Positions 11,410 through 23,371 of a stretch of 64,000 nt of DNA are shown in pieces. The position numbers and the translations under genes are program-made. This DNA is from Octopus sinensis (lineage: Eukaryota): assembly GCF_006345805.1 (NCBI RefSeq), contig NC_042997.1:210614001-210678000 (forward strand), in the 5' to 3' direction. The notes beneath the pieces are model-generated. The model ran no database searches, was not told the DNA's origin, and saw only the letters and a program-made list of their open reading frames with translations. Position 1 is the stretch's first letter, and each line of letters opens with the position of its first letter.

Positions 11410-12040
11410 TTTCGTGCTGGTAGTATGTAAAAAGCATAATTTGAGCGTGATCGATGCCAGTGCCGCCTAACTGATGCTAGTGCCGCCTGACGGCACTTGT
11501 GCTGCTGGCATGTGAGCATGGTTGATGCCAGTGTCATCTGACTGGCTCCTGTGCCAGTGGAATGTAAAAAGCACCCACTACACTCTTAGATTCAGAGTCC
11601 AGAGTGCTAACCATTTCAGCATGTATATGTAACCCACCGCCTCGACTGGCTTCTGTGCCGGTGACACATAAAAAGCACCAACCGAACGTGGCTGATGCCA
11701 ACACCGCCTTGGCTGGCTTCCGTGCCGGTGGCACATAAAAAGCACCATCCGAACGTGGCCGATGCCAGCGCTGCCTTGGCTGGCTTCCGTGCTGGTGGCA
11801 TGTTAAAAGCACCAACCGACCGTGGCCGATGCCAGACCCCCCTGGCACCTGTGCAGGTGGCACGTAAAAAGCACCCACTACACTCGTGGAGTGGTTGGCG
11901 TTAGGAAGGGCATCCAGCTGTAGAAACACTGCCAGATCAGACTGGAGCTTGGTGCAGCCCCTGGCTTCCCGGACCCCAGTTGAACCGTCCAACCTGTGCT
12001 AGCGCGGATAACGGACGTTAAACGATGATGATGATGATTA
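11410..12040 (+). mobile_element. RTE 3' UTR copy with about five ~58-bp internal units
   Basis: Repeated gtgccggtggcacataaaaagcacc..gaacgtggccgatgccag; ends in (GAT)n. Confidence 0.85.
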
Positions 12041-12414
12041 TGATGTAGTAGGTTTATAAACAGGGCTAATTTAGCTGTTTCTCTGCAGATTGAAAAACGC
12101 AAAAAGGATAAACAACCTTAATTGATTTTCATGTCCTGTTGAACTCTCATCAGTGACGTCTCCATCAATTTGACCAACCCCAGAAAAAGCAAGCAGCCAA
12201 TCAGTTCATATATTTAACAATTACAGTAGCTCCAGAAAACTGGTGATACTCATTTGCATAAGTGTTGACACTTTATTTTAAACATCAGGGGGCTGTCACC
12301 AGGGATCTCGGTCCACACAGTATCAAGGTACATACACACACACACACGGTGATGATGATGATGATGATGGCATTGTTTTGTAAACGATTTTTTATTTTCT
12401 TGTTTCTTCCCCAG

Positions 12415-12622
12415 ACGATGACATTCTGTCTTCATCTCTTGCGGAATATTTCAAACAAAATAATTACCGGACGGTCACTGCTGGATTAAAAAAGGAGTCA
12501 AAAACGAGAACTGGTTTGAAAGTTCCAATAGTGGCCAGCAGCCAACCACATTCAAGTATAGAATCATGTGATTTCCAAGAATTTTTTGATTGGCTGGGTT
12601 CTGTGTCCTCAGATTGCCAAGA
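12415..12622 (+). CDS. RPP40: RPP40 exon
   Basis: ttcttccccag|ac..caaga|gtaagt, phase 1-2, 208 nt open; SLAEYF..LKVPIV..CDFQEFFDWLGSV versus human MMSYF..LQCPVL..CRALELFDWLGAV. Confidence 0.9.
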
Positions 12623-12864
12623 GTAAGTATCCAGAATAATTCTGTCCACATTTTCATCCGATTCTTTATTTGTTTCCCTTCATAATCTTGGTGTTTTCCA
12701 TGGCTCTGGTTTCCATTGTAACCATGGTTGTGGTTTTACCATTTTAAACAGCTTTGTGGTTCCTTCATTGTCTGCATATGCTGGGCAGCTGTTTCTTTGG
12801 AACTTCCTTCAACCATATCTCAGCTAGGATGATCTCACTCACTGTCGGACAGTTAGCTCCCCTG

Positions 12865-12865
<1 letters not shown>

Positions 12866-12953
<88 letters not shown>

Positions 12954-12970
12954 AGACACAGACACACAGA
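12866..12970. repeat. (CA)n microsatellite
   Basis: Long, nearly pure CA run. Confidence 0.95.
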
Positions 12971-13223
12971 GTTGAAATTTACAGAAAAACAAGACAAAGA
13001 CAGGTGTAAGGTGAGAAAGTCTTTTACGTTTCAAGCCTACTCTTTCTCTCTCTCCCTCTCTCTCCACACACACACACACACACACACACAACTTTGTATG
13101 GTATTTAATTTATTAGTAATTGAATGTATACTGACTGGAAGATTTTGTGACTGTATTTATTGCATATGTACTAGTTGAAGTATATACAATGTATATAGTG
13201 TGCATATACATTGTATATACTTA

Positions 13224-13390
13224 CATTCTGAGTTCAAATTCCGCCGAGGTCGACTTTACCTTTCATCCTTTCGGGGTCGATAAATTAAGTACCAGTTTCG
13301 CACTGAGATCGATGTAATCGACTTAATCCCTTTGCCTGTCCTATTTTGTCCCCTCTATGTTTAGCCCCTTGTGGGCAGTAAAGAAATATA
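13224..13390 (+). mobile_element. SINE family C, 5'-truncated
   Basis: ttctgagttcaaattccgccgaggtcgac..ggggtcgataaattaagtaccag..ttagccccttgtggg. Confidence 0.85.
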
Positions 13391-13529
13391 TACATTGTAT
13401 ATACTTCATAGCTATGGTATATGTATTTATATGTGTGTGTGTGTGTGTGTTTACATCTGTCTTCTACCAAAGCTGTGAGTGTTGTTGTTGTTGACATTTT
13501 GCCTGTCATCAAATCCTCTCTTCATTCTG

Positions 13530-14150
13530 TACCTTTGAAAAAGCACTGGTGCTGGCACCACGTAAAAAGCACTCAGCCCACTCTGTAAAGTGGTTGGCAT
13601 TAGGAAGGGCATCCAGCCGTAGAAACCTTGCCAGAACAGACATTTGGAGCAAGCATGTACACAGACACACACACACTGTTTCATCACAGCTCCATATAAC
13701 TTAAAAAGTTTTGTAGGTTTGTAGAACGAATCTCTCTCATCCAGCATCCAGAGACAACAAAGGGATGCGAGACAAATTCAAGAAGGTAGGCATCCATTGG
13801 TCAGTTCAGGTCACATGGTGTTATTGGTCTGGAAGTGACATCCATTATTGTCTTTGTTCTTAGGCCTGTGTGCTTGGACAGTTTCATCATCATCATCATC
13901 ATCATTTAACGTCCGCTTTCCATGCTAGCATGGGTTGGATGGTTCGACCGGGGTCTGGGAGGCCAGGAGGCTGCACCAAGCTCCAGTCTGATCTGGCAGT
14001 GTTTCTACAGCTGGATGCCCTTCCTAATGCCAACCACTTCATGAGTGTAGTGGGTGCTTTTTAGGTGCCAGGGGAGGCTGGCAGTGGCCACGATCAGTTT
14101 GTGGTTTTTACGTGCCACCGGCACGGAAGCCAGTCAAGGTGGCGCTGGCA
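13530..14150. mobile_element. RTE 3'-end fragments at 13530-13650(+) and 13880-14150(-)
   Basis: taggaagggcatccagc motif; (CAT)n tail on the minus copy. Confidence 0.75.
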
Positions 14151-14348
14151 TCGGTATATCGGTAGGCTTTACTGCCACTATGTCTGGAAGCTGGTATGTG
14201 GTTAATTTATCAGCATCAGTTCATTGCATTTGGTGCTGCACATAGTGGAGTAGAGATGTTGTGAGTGAGAAGGGACCCAACACTGCAGTGGTAACAGACT
14301 TTCGGTGGGAGGAACCAGATTTGGTGGTGCTAGGTTAAAAAAATTGAG

Positions 14349-14935
14349 CAGTTCTATATTTAAGAGATGAGGAATTATGTACATTATTTACATTATTTAC
14401 ATTTGATGGATATGGGAATAGCCTATGGGAACCAGTATTAAGGGAGGATAGGAAAATATTAGATTTATTAGCTCTAAAATTCACTCCATAATTGCCCACG
14501 GGCATATGGCATAGGGGTTAAGAGTGCAGGCTACTAACCCCAAGATTCCAAGTTCGATTCCAGGCAGTGGCCTGAATAATGATAATAATAACAATGATAA
14601 ATACCTTAGGAATGAGAACTGAAAATCGAGATCGAGCTAGCTTTTGCCCTTTTGCTCCACGCTGATGAAGGTTGGAGGGTACATCAGCTGAAACGTGTTA
14701 ACAACAAACAAGATGAAGGCAAATATCTGTCAAATGTAAATAATGTAATAATTCCTCATCTCTTAAATATAGAACTGTAATAATAACAACAACAACATTG
14801 AAAATATATTAGGAATGAGAACCCAGGTTCGAAATTTCGCCAAGACACCTGATGAAGGTTGGAGGGTATATCAGCTGAAACATTGTGTTAACAACCAACA
14901 AGATGAGGACAAATATCCATCAAATGTAAATAATG
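14349..14935 (+). mobile_element. Composite retroelement: inverted tail, tRNA-like head and two tandem hammerhead-bearing units, flanked by a 12-13 bp TSD
   Basis: TSD taaaaaaattgag at 14336-14348 and 14936-14948; A box 14507-14517; B box 14551-14561; CTGATGA..GAAAC at 14662 and 14849; 14349-14413 is the reverse complement of the unit tail. Confidence 0.85.
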
Positions 14936-15058
14936 TAAAAAAATTGAGGTTGGCTGGCCATCATGGACAGGGCTGTAGTCTTTATGAACAGCAGGTTTTT
15001 AAGTAGCTGCCCTTGTGTGTGGAGCAGTGTGACCTCAGGTGGGATATCTTGGAGTTCT

Positions 15059-15288
15059 TTGACCCTTCAGCGTTCTTCCGATTATTCTCTCAAATGTGAT
15101 GTTTGTTTATTCACATTGTTTTGAATTGATCAGGCATTATCTTGTAGTTTAGAGATTTTGATGAGATAACTGTTAATTTTTGGAATGATATTGTAGGGTT
15201 GGTCCGAGAGGCCTGATCTGGTCAGCTTGAGCATAAAACGAGTAGAGTATTTTGGCCGAATATAGCCTGCTTAACTGCTAAAAGGTTT
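15059..15288. mobile_element. Degenerate piggyBac-like MITE
   Basis: Imperfect termini ttga-cccttcagc / gctaaaagg-ttta resemble TTAA-CCCTTTAGC inverted ends. Confidence 0.45.
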
Positions 15289-15289
15289 A

Positions 15290-15505
15290 CAAGACATTTC
15301 TCTGGTGGCAACATGAAGACGGTTCATTCTTCCTGTTGATCGATGCTACATGTTGATGAAGTCTGTGTCGTCTCTGAGAGAGGCAAAGTTGGCAGCTGGG
15401 AGTTGCAGGTGAGTAAGGTAGGGGGATTCGTCAATGATTCACCATTTGATGTTGGGGAAGTTGTTCTGATGGTTGCAGGGTCTCGAGAAAGGCTGTTGCT
15501 GCTGT
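15290..15505 (-). pseudogene. Penelope-like GIY-YIG C-terminal remnant
   Basis: PYSPATPSCQLCLSQRRH..INRKNEPSSCCHQRNVL resembles the PLE C-terminal CxLCL..LNKRSEL..CxH motif. Confidence 0.55.
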
Positions 15506-16678
15506 GTTAGTTCTTCACAAATCATCCACCAAGCCCCTAACCCACAACACCCTGCCCCTAAACCACAACACCCTGCCAGGTATGGAATCAAATGCAATAA
15601 AATTTATGCTGCCAAATAAACTATGTCACAGCTTCCAGACAGCATCGACAGCTACCTACCAACATCCTGTCTGACAATGTTGGTCCAAGAACCAAGAAAA
15701 GAATGGATGTCATTTCCAGACCAATAAAACCGTGTGACCTGAGTTGACCAATAAAGATGTCACATCTCAAAGCCATCTTGAATTTTGTCTCATCTCTTCA
15801 CTCTTTTCTCTGTGTGTGTGTGTATTGGTGTTCTGGCAAAAATTCTTTCTGGCATTCAGCTTCTCTGTAGTCACATTACTCCCAGGTAACCTTCGTTCTT
15901 TCTCGCCTTATGAGGCTTTTAACTAACAAAGTCCTGTGGTTGGTAAAACCGACTGGAAGCCAGTGCTTTGGCTGTCAAAGAAGATGGGGGTAACACCTCG
16001 TCATCTCTCCCCCTCTCCCTTTATTTTTCTTGTGTGCGTGTGCGTGTGATGACGGCGATGACCTGATTGAAGTCACGGCTACAACACAGCCAAGCTGTCT
16101 TATACTTAGGCAAGGTACATAACTCCAAATACGTGTTTATCTCCCTTCGATCAATATGTAAGATTTCCTCCCCTTAAATGCCACCCGTTCCGACCAGGAA
16201 ACGTTTGCAATAGGAAATTGTCCGATATTTTCTTTTCTTTCAAAATTGTTTTGAGCTGTTTATGAGTGCTGAGAATAGCTCTCTTCTGGCTTAAACTTTC
16301 TGCTCATTCTTGAATAATCAAAGACGTTCCAACCATGACCAACCCATCATTTATTCAGACACTTCATGTGGAACTACATTTTCTAATGTATCCTCATTTC
16401 TTCCTCCTCAGATTATAGTCATGTGATTTGAGTTGAATACACTTGCCCAATGTGCCATGCAGTGGGACTGAACCTGGAACCATGAGGTTGGAAAACAAGC
16501 ATCTTAACCTCACAGCTAGGCTAATGCTTTTGTGTTTTGCGCACAATTTAATCTTTTGTTGTTTAAAGACCCTTAATACGGTTTTAAACTGAGATCTGAT
16601 GGAATCGGGTAGAAATAGCAGTCAAATCATCCACAAATTACACCTTAATCCCTTAAAACATGAAAGAATGCCTTAGAT

Positions 16679-16960
16679 TATTGGTTCTCAACCATTTTTT
16701 AATCTCTGGGCCCCGTTGATTACTGTTTTATTCTGGTAGACTTCCCCTCCCCCAATAACCATTTAATGTTTAAAAACTGTCTCCAAAATTCCCATTTCGT
16801 TTTTTGCCCGTTTCCCTTGTTTTGCCTCTAAAGTGGAATTTTGCCTCTAAAGTGGAATTTTTTTCTCAGACCCTTAAAATGCTACCATGGATCCCTGATT
16901 TACTATTCTGCTTCCATGGACCCCCAAGAATCTTATATGGACCCCAGTTTATAACCACTT
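16679..16960. mobile_element. Possible hAT-type MITE
   Basis: Imperfect inverted termini tattggttctcaacc / agtttataaccactt, similar to CAGTGGTTCTCAAC ends. Confidence 0.4.
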
Positions 16961-17123
16961 ATTTAGATTATGTAGTAGTAGGTATCATTAAAAATATGAG
17001 TTGGTCATGTCTGGATTGTGTTTGATGTAACTAGTTTTGTACAATCAGGTTGACCTGTGGTTAAACAGTAACAAGAAAAACCCTTTAACTTTTTTGTTTG
17101 TTTTTTTTTTTCTTCTTTTGCAG

Positions 17124-17442
17124 CCATGTGGATGAAGACTGCCATATGTCGTTCACTCCAACCCCAAATTATACGGTGGACAGTTTGAATTACAATGTGA
17201 AAGGTTTCATTCTTCCTCAAACTATTCAAAAGATTCTCTTGGAATTAAGGACTATTGTAACCCAGTACAGGCTCAAGTGGTCAGCAATGACCATTCATGG
17301 CTTTACTGATGCACCAGTCACATGGGAGATGAGAGAACATGGATTCCAGTACAACGGAGACAATCTTTACACTTACGTCGTCTTTCCCGATGACATCTAC
17401 TGGCTTTACACTGCTGTCGGATCCCTCGATACATGGATTTGA
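17124..17442 (+). CDS. RPP40: RPP40 terminal coding exon
   Basis: Poly-T tract, ttgcag|c, phase 2. KGFILPQTIQKILLEL..WSAMTIHGFTDAPVTWEMREHGFQYNGDNLYTYVVFPDDIYWLYTAVGSLD* matches the conserved RPP40 C-terminus (human TGFILPEKI..QGFADSPVSWEKNEHGFRKGGEHLYNFVIF..YWLQMAVG). The six exons total 966 nt, i.e. 321 aa plus stop. Confidence 0.95.
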
Positions 17443-17454
17443 TCTCAAGACCAA

Positions 17455-17460
17455 AATAAA
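17455..17460 (+). promoter_or_regulatory. Possible polyadenylation signal of RPP40
   Basis: AATAAA just after the stop codon; a further AATAAA lies near 17990. Confidence 0.3.
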
Positions 17461-18209
17461 GGACAGCCTCTAGGGTTCCGTTGTATCATGTATGGTTCTT
17501 GTATTCCACAATCTTTAACTCTTCTCACACTTTCTCAATCTAAAAAGAGTCTTGTAAAGAAATAACATATATTTATTCCACCATTCCTCTGTGTGAGTAT
17601 TTGGTCCAAGACTGCACCAGTGCAGGCTCTGTAAAGCCTCGGCTGTTTAGCGAAATCTTTTCTCCAAATATTATCCTTCAGTTGCTCGTTGTTGCCTAAC
17701 GAGTCTCTCTGACTAAAACCAACAATCTGTAACATCAACAATGTTTCAGCAATGGCTAACTGCTACGATCTGTCTGTGTGTCTGTATGTAAGAAGTCTGC
17801 ATCTCTTGGTTCATGTGTCACCAATGTGATGAGGGCAGCATGTAAGCCCTCCATTCACTCAGTCTCTCACTTGGCTTCTCCTCTCAGCCAGAACAGTTTC
17901 ACTATTCGCACCCCTCCCCCCCTCACACCATCATTTCACCCCCACCCCTCCACCACAGCATACTCTTTAATCTTTTTGTTTTCTTTTCAAATAAATTTCC
18001 TTTGTTTCAAATTATTTTTGGAAATAATGAAAAATTCATTAAAATAACTTTGTCTTTATTAAAAACTGGTGTTAGAAACACAAATTAACCGGAAATTTTG
18101 ATGGAAGAAGATTTTAATTTCAATCACTTTTAAAAAAAAAAAGTTTGTGTCAGAGAACCAGGCGCTGTTTCAGGTTTGTATGAAAAAAGGGTTAAAAGGA
18201 AGCATGGCA

Positions 18210-19009
18210 CTTTCATCATCATCATCATCGTCATTTAATGTCTGCTTTCCATGCTAGCATGGGTTGGACAATTTTGCCTGAGGACTGGTGAACCAGATGA
18301 CTGCACCAGGCTCCAATCTTGATCTGGCAGAGTTTCTACAGCTGGATGCCCTTCCTAATGCCAACCACTCCAAGAGTGTAGTGGGTGCTTTTTACGTAAG
18401 TTTTATAATTATTGATAATGTTATTAATGTTGTTATTTTCATTCACTAACCATATTGAGCAATGCCATGACCAACACCGATCAAATAAGGAAGGATGTGA
18501 TGAAATGAAGCATTCAAACTTCTTATTCTTGTGTCCTATTCCTTAACCCACCCTCCTTTCTTTTCCAACTGGAATATCCATGTATCTACTCAACAACTGG
18601 TCCCTAAACCTGCCCCTCAACACCTCTAACCTCTCATCAACTGGCACAGAGCCAACCCTGCCTCAATACTCCTCCCCACTCCCAGCTGAGGGTTTTTTCT
18701 TTACCTTGCAAGTTACTTGGTGACCCTGTTGATGTTGGTGCCATGTAAAAAACACCCACTACACTCTGTCAGGTGGTGGTTGGTCTGAAGAAGAGCATCC
18801 TGTTGTAGAAATCAGGGCCAAAACAGACTGTGGAACCTGGTGGGGCTCTCCAGCCTTGCCAGCACCTGTCAAACCGTCCAACCCATACCAGCATGGAAAA
18901 CAAGCATTAAATAATGATGATGATGATACAATCTAATACAGTGTTTGGGACCAGTAAGGCTAATCATGTTACAGACACTTGACTGGTTTTAGGGGAACAA
19001 TGAGGTGTA

Positions 19010-19040
<31 letters not shown>

Positions 19041-19290
19041 GTGTGGTTTTAGAATGTTGTGTCCTGTAGGGTTGTATACATGTCTGAGCTTTTAGAATTA
19101 GTTTTTCATGTGAACAAGCTGACTTTTCCAAATCCAAAAGGTCTTTCATCATCATCTTCATTTAACGTCCATTTTCCATGCTGGCATGGGTTAGATGGTT
19201 TAACCGAAACTGGTAAACTGGAGAGCTGTACCAGGTTCCAGTCTGATTTTGGCTTGGTTTCTACACCTGGATGCCTTTCCTGATGCAAAC
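18210..19290. mobile_element. RTE 3'-end fragments at 18210-18400(-), 18700-18930(+) and 19140-19290(-)
   Basis: Shared tail motif with (GAT/CAT)n. Confidence 0.7.
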
Positions 19291-20660
19291 CACCTCAAGT
19301 TGCTGGTCCTCATGCTGCAAGACTTTGGCAACCTTCTTCCTTTCTGCTTCACCCCTGGCTAAGTACGCCTTCTCTCTAGCTTCCCTTCTAGCTCCCTGCA
19401 ATGGTTCCTTGCTACCGCCACCTTTCCGGTCCTGCTTCTTTGCTCTGATGGCTCTGTCAAGTAAACCGTTCCACCACCATGGCTGGTCTGGTTGAGACTT
19501 TGCACCAATGACAGAAATGCAGAAGCGAGGAGGATGCTGAGCATGCGAAAAGACGAACAAATGGAACAGCAGCTGTTGGCAGGCGATGCATATGAGCATG
19601 GACAAGCGACAGTGGCGAGTGCCGGGGCATGAGGTGGAGTGCAACAACTACAAATTTGGTCTGTGGCTCTCAGTAAGTTGTCTCATAGCAACTTACAGTT
19701 CTATGTTGCATGTCTGTAACTCCTCATGAAATGCTTCAGTTAGGACGTTTCTAAATCTCTGACCATTCAGAAGATCCTTAAGCTCCCTCGTTTCCAAACT
19801 GGCTTCCTTCTTAGAATCCTTCTTGCTTCTAGTCTGAAATCACTGATGATTAAGCTTTGCTGAGGGATACAGCCTTCATCAGGGAAAGATTTTGCATTTA
19901 TGAGCAACCCTGCGTCTCAGTTTCTGGGGACAATGTAGTGAATCTGGCTCACATGGTCATCAGATTTATAGGTTATCAGGTGATTGGCTGGTTTCCTGAA
20001 GTTGGTGCTGCAGATCATTAGGTCATTCACATCACAGAACTCCAGCAGCCTTGTTCCCTCATTTTCGGAACCAATTCCATGGCTCCCACACAGCCCATGA
20101 AAGACACCTGGGTGCTGCCTGACATATCCTTTGAAATTACCAGCCATGAAGATAAGGTCATTGTAATTTGCCTTTGAGGTAGCCTAGAGAAGAATTTCAT
20201 AAAAGCGGTCCTTTTGTTAATTTACCAGACTGGGTTTGGTGGACATAGCTAGAGATGATTGTTGTGCAACTCTGTAACACTAGTCTAAGCTTAAGTACTC
20301 TCTCATATACTCTGACTACCTCAATCACCTTATTAACCCATTTCCTTGCTAGAAGTACGTTCACACCTACCCCGTCACTGTTGCCCTCCTAGAAGAATTT
20401 ATACCTATGTGTTTTGCCTGTGAGGAACCTGGCTGAAGCTCCCCTCCACCTTACTTCTTGAATGCAACACACATCCAACACATGACTCTGTTCAAGCATC
20501 TCAACAATATCACCAGACCTGTCTTTCAATGTGCCTGCATTGACAGTGCCAACTCTGAGAGAATGTGAGGAGAGGCAGGAGGTAACATGGGAAGGGGGAG
20601 CTTTCAGAAAGTTCTAAGCGTTTGCCGACAGACATGCCATAACAGTCATCCTCACATTTA
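19290..20660 (-). pseudogene. Decayed RTE LINE: APE endonuclease and linker, with deletions
   Basis: LRVGTVNAGTLKDRSGDIVEML..IQEVRWRG (about 20560-20430), AGNFKGYV..EGTRLLEFC..NDLMICSTNFRKP..HLITY (19917-20147), WWWNGLLDRAIRAKK (about 19480). Confidence 0.8.
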
Positions 20661-20840
20661 ATCAACCCTCATTCATGTTACACTTGCTGCCTCCACTGGA
20701 AGTGGGTGCTGTACAAGCATTAGTAGAAGAAATGTCAGTACAAATACAAATAAATACTTACAAACAAGGAGGAGCTAACTGGTTAATCCTTGTTACTTCC
20801 ATTGCAGGTGGCTGCCATCGACCAGCAGGAGGAGAAGCTA

Positions 20841-21241
20841 TACTCTTTTACTCTTTTACATATTTCAGTCATTTGACTGCGGCCATGCTGGAGCACTGCC
20901 TTTAGTCAAGCAACTCGACCCCGGGACTTATTCTTTGTAAGCCCAGTACTTATTCTATCGGTCTCTTTTGCCGAACCACTAAGTGATGGGGACGTAAACA
21001 CACCAGCATCAGTTGTCAAGCAATGCTAGGGGGACAAACACAGACACACAAACACATACACATACATACATATACATATATATACACATATACGACAGGC
21101 TTCTTTCAGTTTCCGTCTACCAAATCCGCTCACATGGCATTGGTCGGCCTGGGGCTATAGCAGAAGACACTTACCCAAGATGCCACGCAGTGGGACTGAA
21201 CTCGGAACCATGAGGTTGGTTAGCAAGCTACTCCTGCGCCT
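20841..21241 (-). mobile_element. SINE family B (CORE-like)
   Basis: Nearly full-length match to the other family B copies. Confidence 0.9.
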
Positions 21242-21264
21242 GTGTTAATACAAATACAATTAAA

Positions 21265-21360
21265 TCATCATCATCATTGTTTAACGTCCGTTTTCCATGC
21301 TGGCATGGGTTGGACGGTTTGACTGAGGGCTGGAGAGCCAGCGGCTGCACTAGGCTCCAC
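21265..21360 (-). mobile_element. RTE 3'-end fragment (last one in the window)
   Basis: (CAT)n followed by gtttaacgtccgttttccatgctggcatgggttggacgg. Confidence 0.8.
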
Positions 21361-22823
21361 GTTAAATAAACAAGATAAGAGTAGGTAATTCGTTATATAG
21401 TTGGTTTGTTAATTAATTGACTAAACAATAAAACCAAGTAGTCACTTTTGTTTTCTTTGGAGCAAAGTAACAAGCTACAGCGTTTGTATTGCGGCAATGT
21501 GGGTGACATACTGGGGTGCGGGTAGGAAGGGTGGATAGGTGGTTGGGGTGGGGAAGGATAAGGAAACATCGAAGCGTCTTTGGGAGCCATAGCAATAACG
21601 AAATTTAAATTAAATGGTAGAATGTGTAGATTCAAGCGAGGGAACAAACAAAACCAATTTATCTGTGCATAGCTTTGGTGTATGTGAATGATAGCCAGGG
21701 TAAATGCTAAGAGAGTGACCAGTGGTTAGGGGCCTTGTTTTTGTATATTAAAGTGGCCTGAAGGAGGCGAGATGGCTGCCGCAAATGAAGGCCATGCTGG
21801 TGTGTTGGTAAATATCTATCGCTGATAAGGAACATCAAAGCGTCTTTGGGGTCATGACATTAACGAAGAGAGGCAGAGAGATGGAACAATCAATGAATTA
21901 AATTAAGGTGGGTTATGAGTGAACAGCCGGTAGGTGCGGTCTGCACACACCACCCTCTGCTGCTGTGGTTTGTGTATCACCTGGACCAGTCTGCAAGCTT
22001 TGTGATTAATAATGGTCGAAGCAGGACTGAGGCACTTGCACAACAGATCAAAAGTTAAAATCCCGTCCTTGTTGCTCCTTCTGGTCGGTCAAATGCTTCT
22101 CTTCTGAGAATGGGACTTGGCCTTCTTTATCCATTATGTCTGATTATCATCGTGCAAGAGTTTGTTTGTAACTCGTATGTGTATTTTCTCTCCCTCCCTC
22201 CCTCCTCTATCTTGCTTCCTCCCTCTTTCTCTCCCACCCTCTCTCTCCCCCTCTCTCACCTCAATCCTCTCTCTCCCCCTCTCTCACCTCAACCCCCTCT
22301 CTCCCCTCTCACCTCCACGCTATCCCTCCTCCCCACACTCTCTCCCTACCTCCACCTCATCTCCCTCTACCTTTTACCTCTCTCCCTCCCTCCCTCCCAT
22401 TCAAAGAGCTCCCTCCTTTGCGTTGTGCAGACACAGTTCTTCTGGCTCGCATTATTCGGCACCATCGAAGTTTCCCATGCTTGGCAACAAAACTGCCCCT
22501 TCAATCTTTAACCCTGCTAAAAAGCCTTATTAAAGTGTGGGGATCTCTTGGCTATGCAATGATCCATTCGGCGCTTAATGTGATGTTTGTGTATCCATTG
22601 ATGCGATGGATTGATTTTAAAAGATCCTAGCATCCGAAACGATAACAATCAACAATATTTACATCCATCAGAATCCATTTACTTCCGATGCTGGACTGAA
22701 GAATAAAACTGAAGAGACAAAGAAAATGTTTTGGCAGGAAATAAGTTAAGGATTCCATTGCCATTTTCGATATCTTTTACTTGTTTCAGTCATTAGACTG
22801 CAGCCATTCAGGGACACCGACTT

Positions 22824-23077
22824 ACTCTTTACTCTTTTACTCTTTTACTTGTTTCAGTCAGTTTGACTGCGGCCATGCTGGTGCACCGCCTTTAATCGAG
22901 CAACTCGACCCCGGGACTTATTCTTTGTAAGCCCAGTACTTATTCTATCGGTCTCTTTTGCCGAACCGCTAAGTAACGGGGACATAAACACTCCAGCATC
23001 GGTTGTCAAGCAATGCTAGGGGGGACACACAGACACACAAACACACACGCATATATAATATATATATATATATATAT

Positions 23078-23118
<41 letters not shown>

Positions 23119-23284
23119 TACGACGGGCTTCTTTCAGTTTCCATCTACCAAATCCACTCTTAAGGCTTTGGTCGGCCCGAGGCTATAGTAAAAGACACTT
23201 GCCCAAGATGCCACGCAGTGGAACTGAACCCGGAACCATGTGGTTGGTTAGCAAGCTACTTACCACACAGCCACTCCTGCGCCT
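22824..23284 (-). mobile_element. SINE family B, full length
   Basis: aggcgcaggagtggctgtgtggtaag head through to (aaaagagt)n tail. Confidence 0.92.
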
Positions 23285-23371
23285 ATGACTTGAAGAATTT
23301 TTTGTTAAATGAATCAATCTGCTAAGTTATTGGGACGTAAATGTACCAACACCTGTTAAGCGGTGGTGGGG

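Noticed and set aside
12089-12160. Possible extra RPP40 exon after ctctgcag
   Set aside because: In the required phase 1 it gives an immediate TGA, and the flanking exons already join in frame.
12481-12515. Apparent frameshift in the RPP40 exon at the A runs
   Set aside because: Recounting with the minus-strand ORF translations gives five A after GTC; the exon is 208 nt and in frame (GLKKESKTRTGLKVP).
14501-14572. Functional tRNA gene
   Set aside because: The acceptor stem does not pair; treated as a SINE head. The same applies to the other SINE heads, and no bona fide tRNA or rRNA gene was found.
15505-15994. Solo LTR with TGTTA..TAACA ends and AATAAA
   Set aside because: No matching target-site duplication and the left boundary is uncertain.
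21400-22110. Coding exons in unique-looking DNA with an internal ~45-bp duplication (about 21558 and 21824)
   Set aside because: All frames are interrupted by stops with no recognisable motifs; probably an old decayed element.
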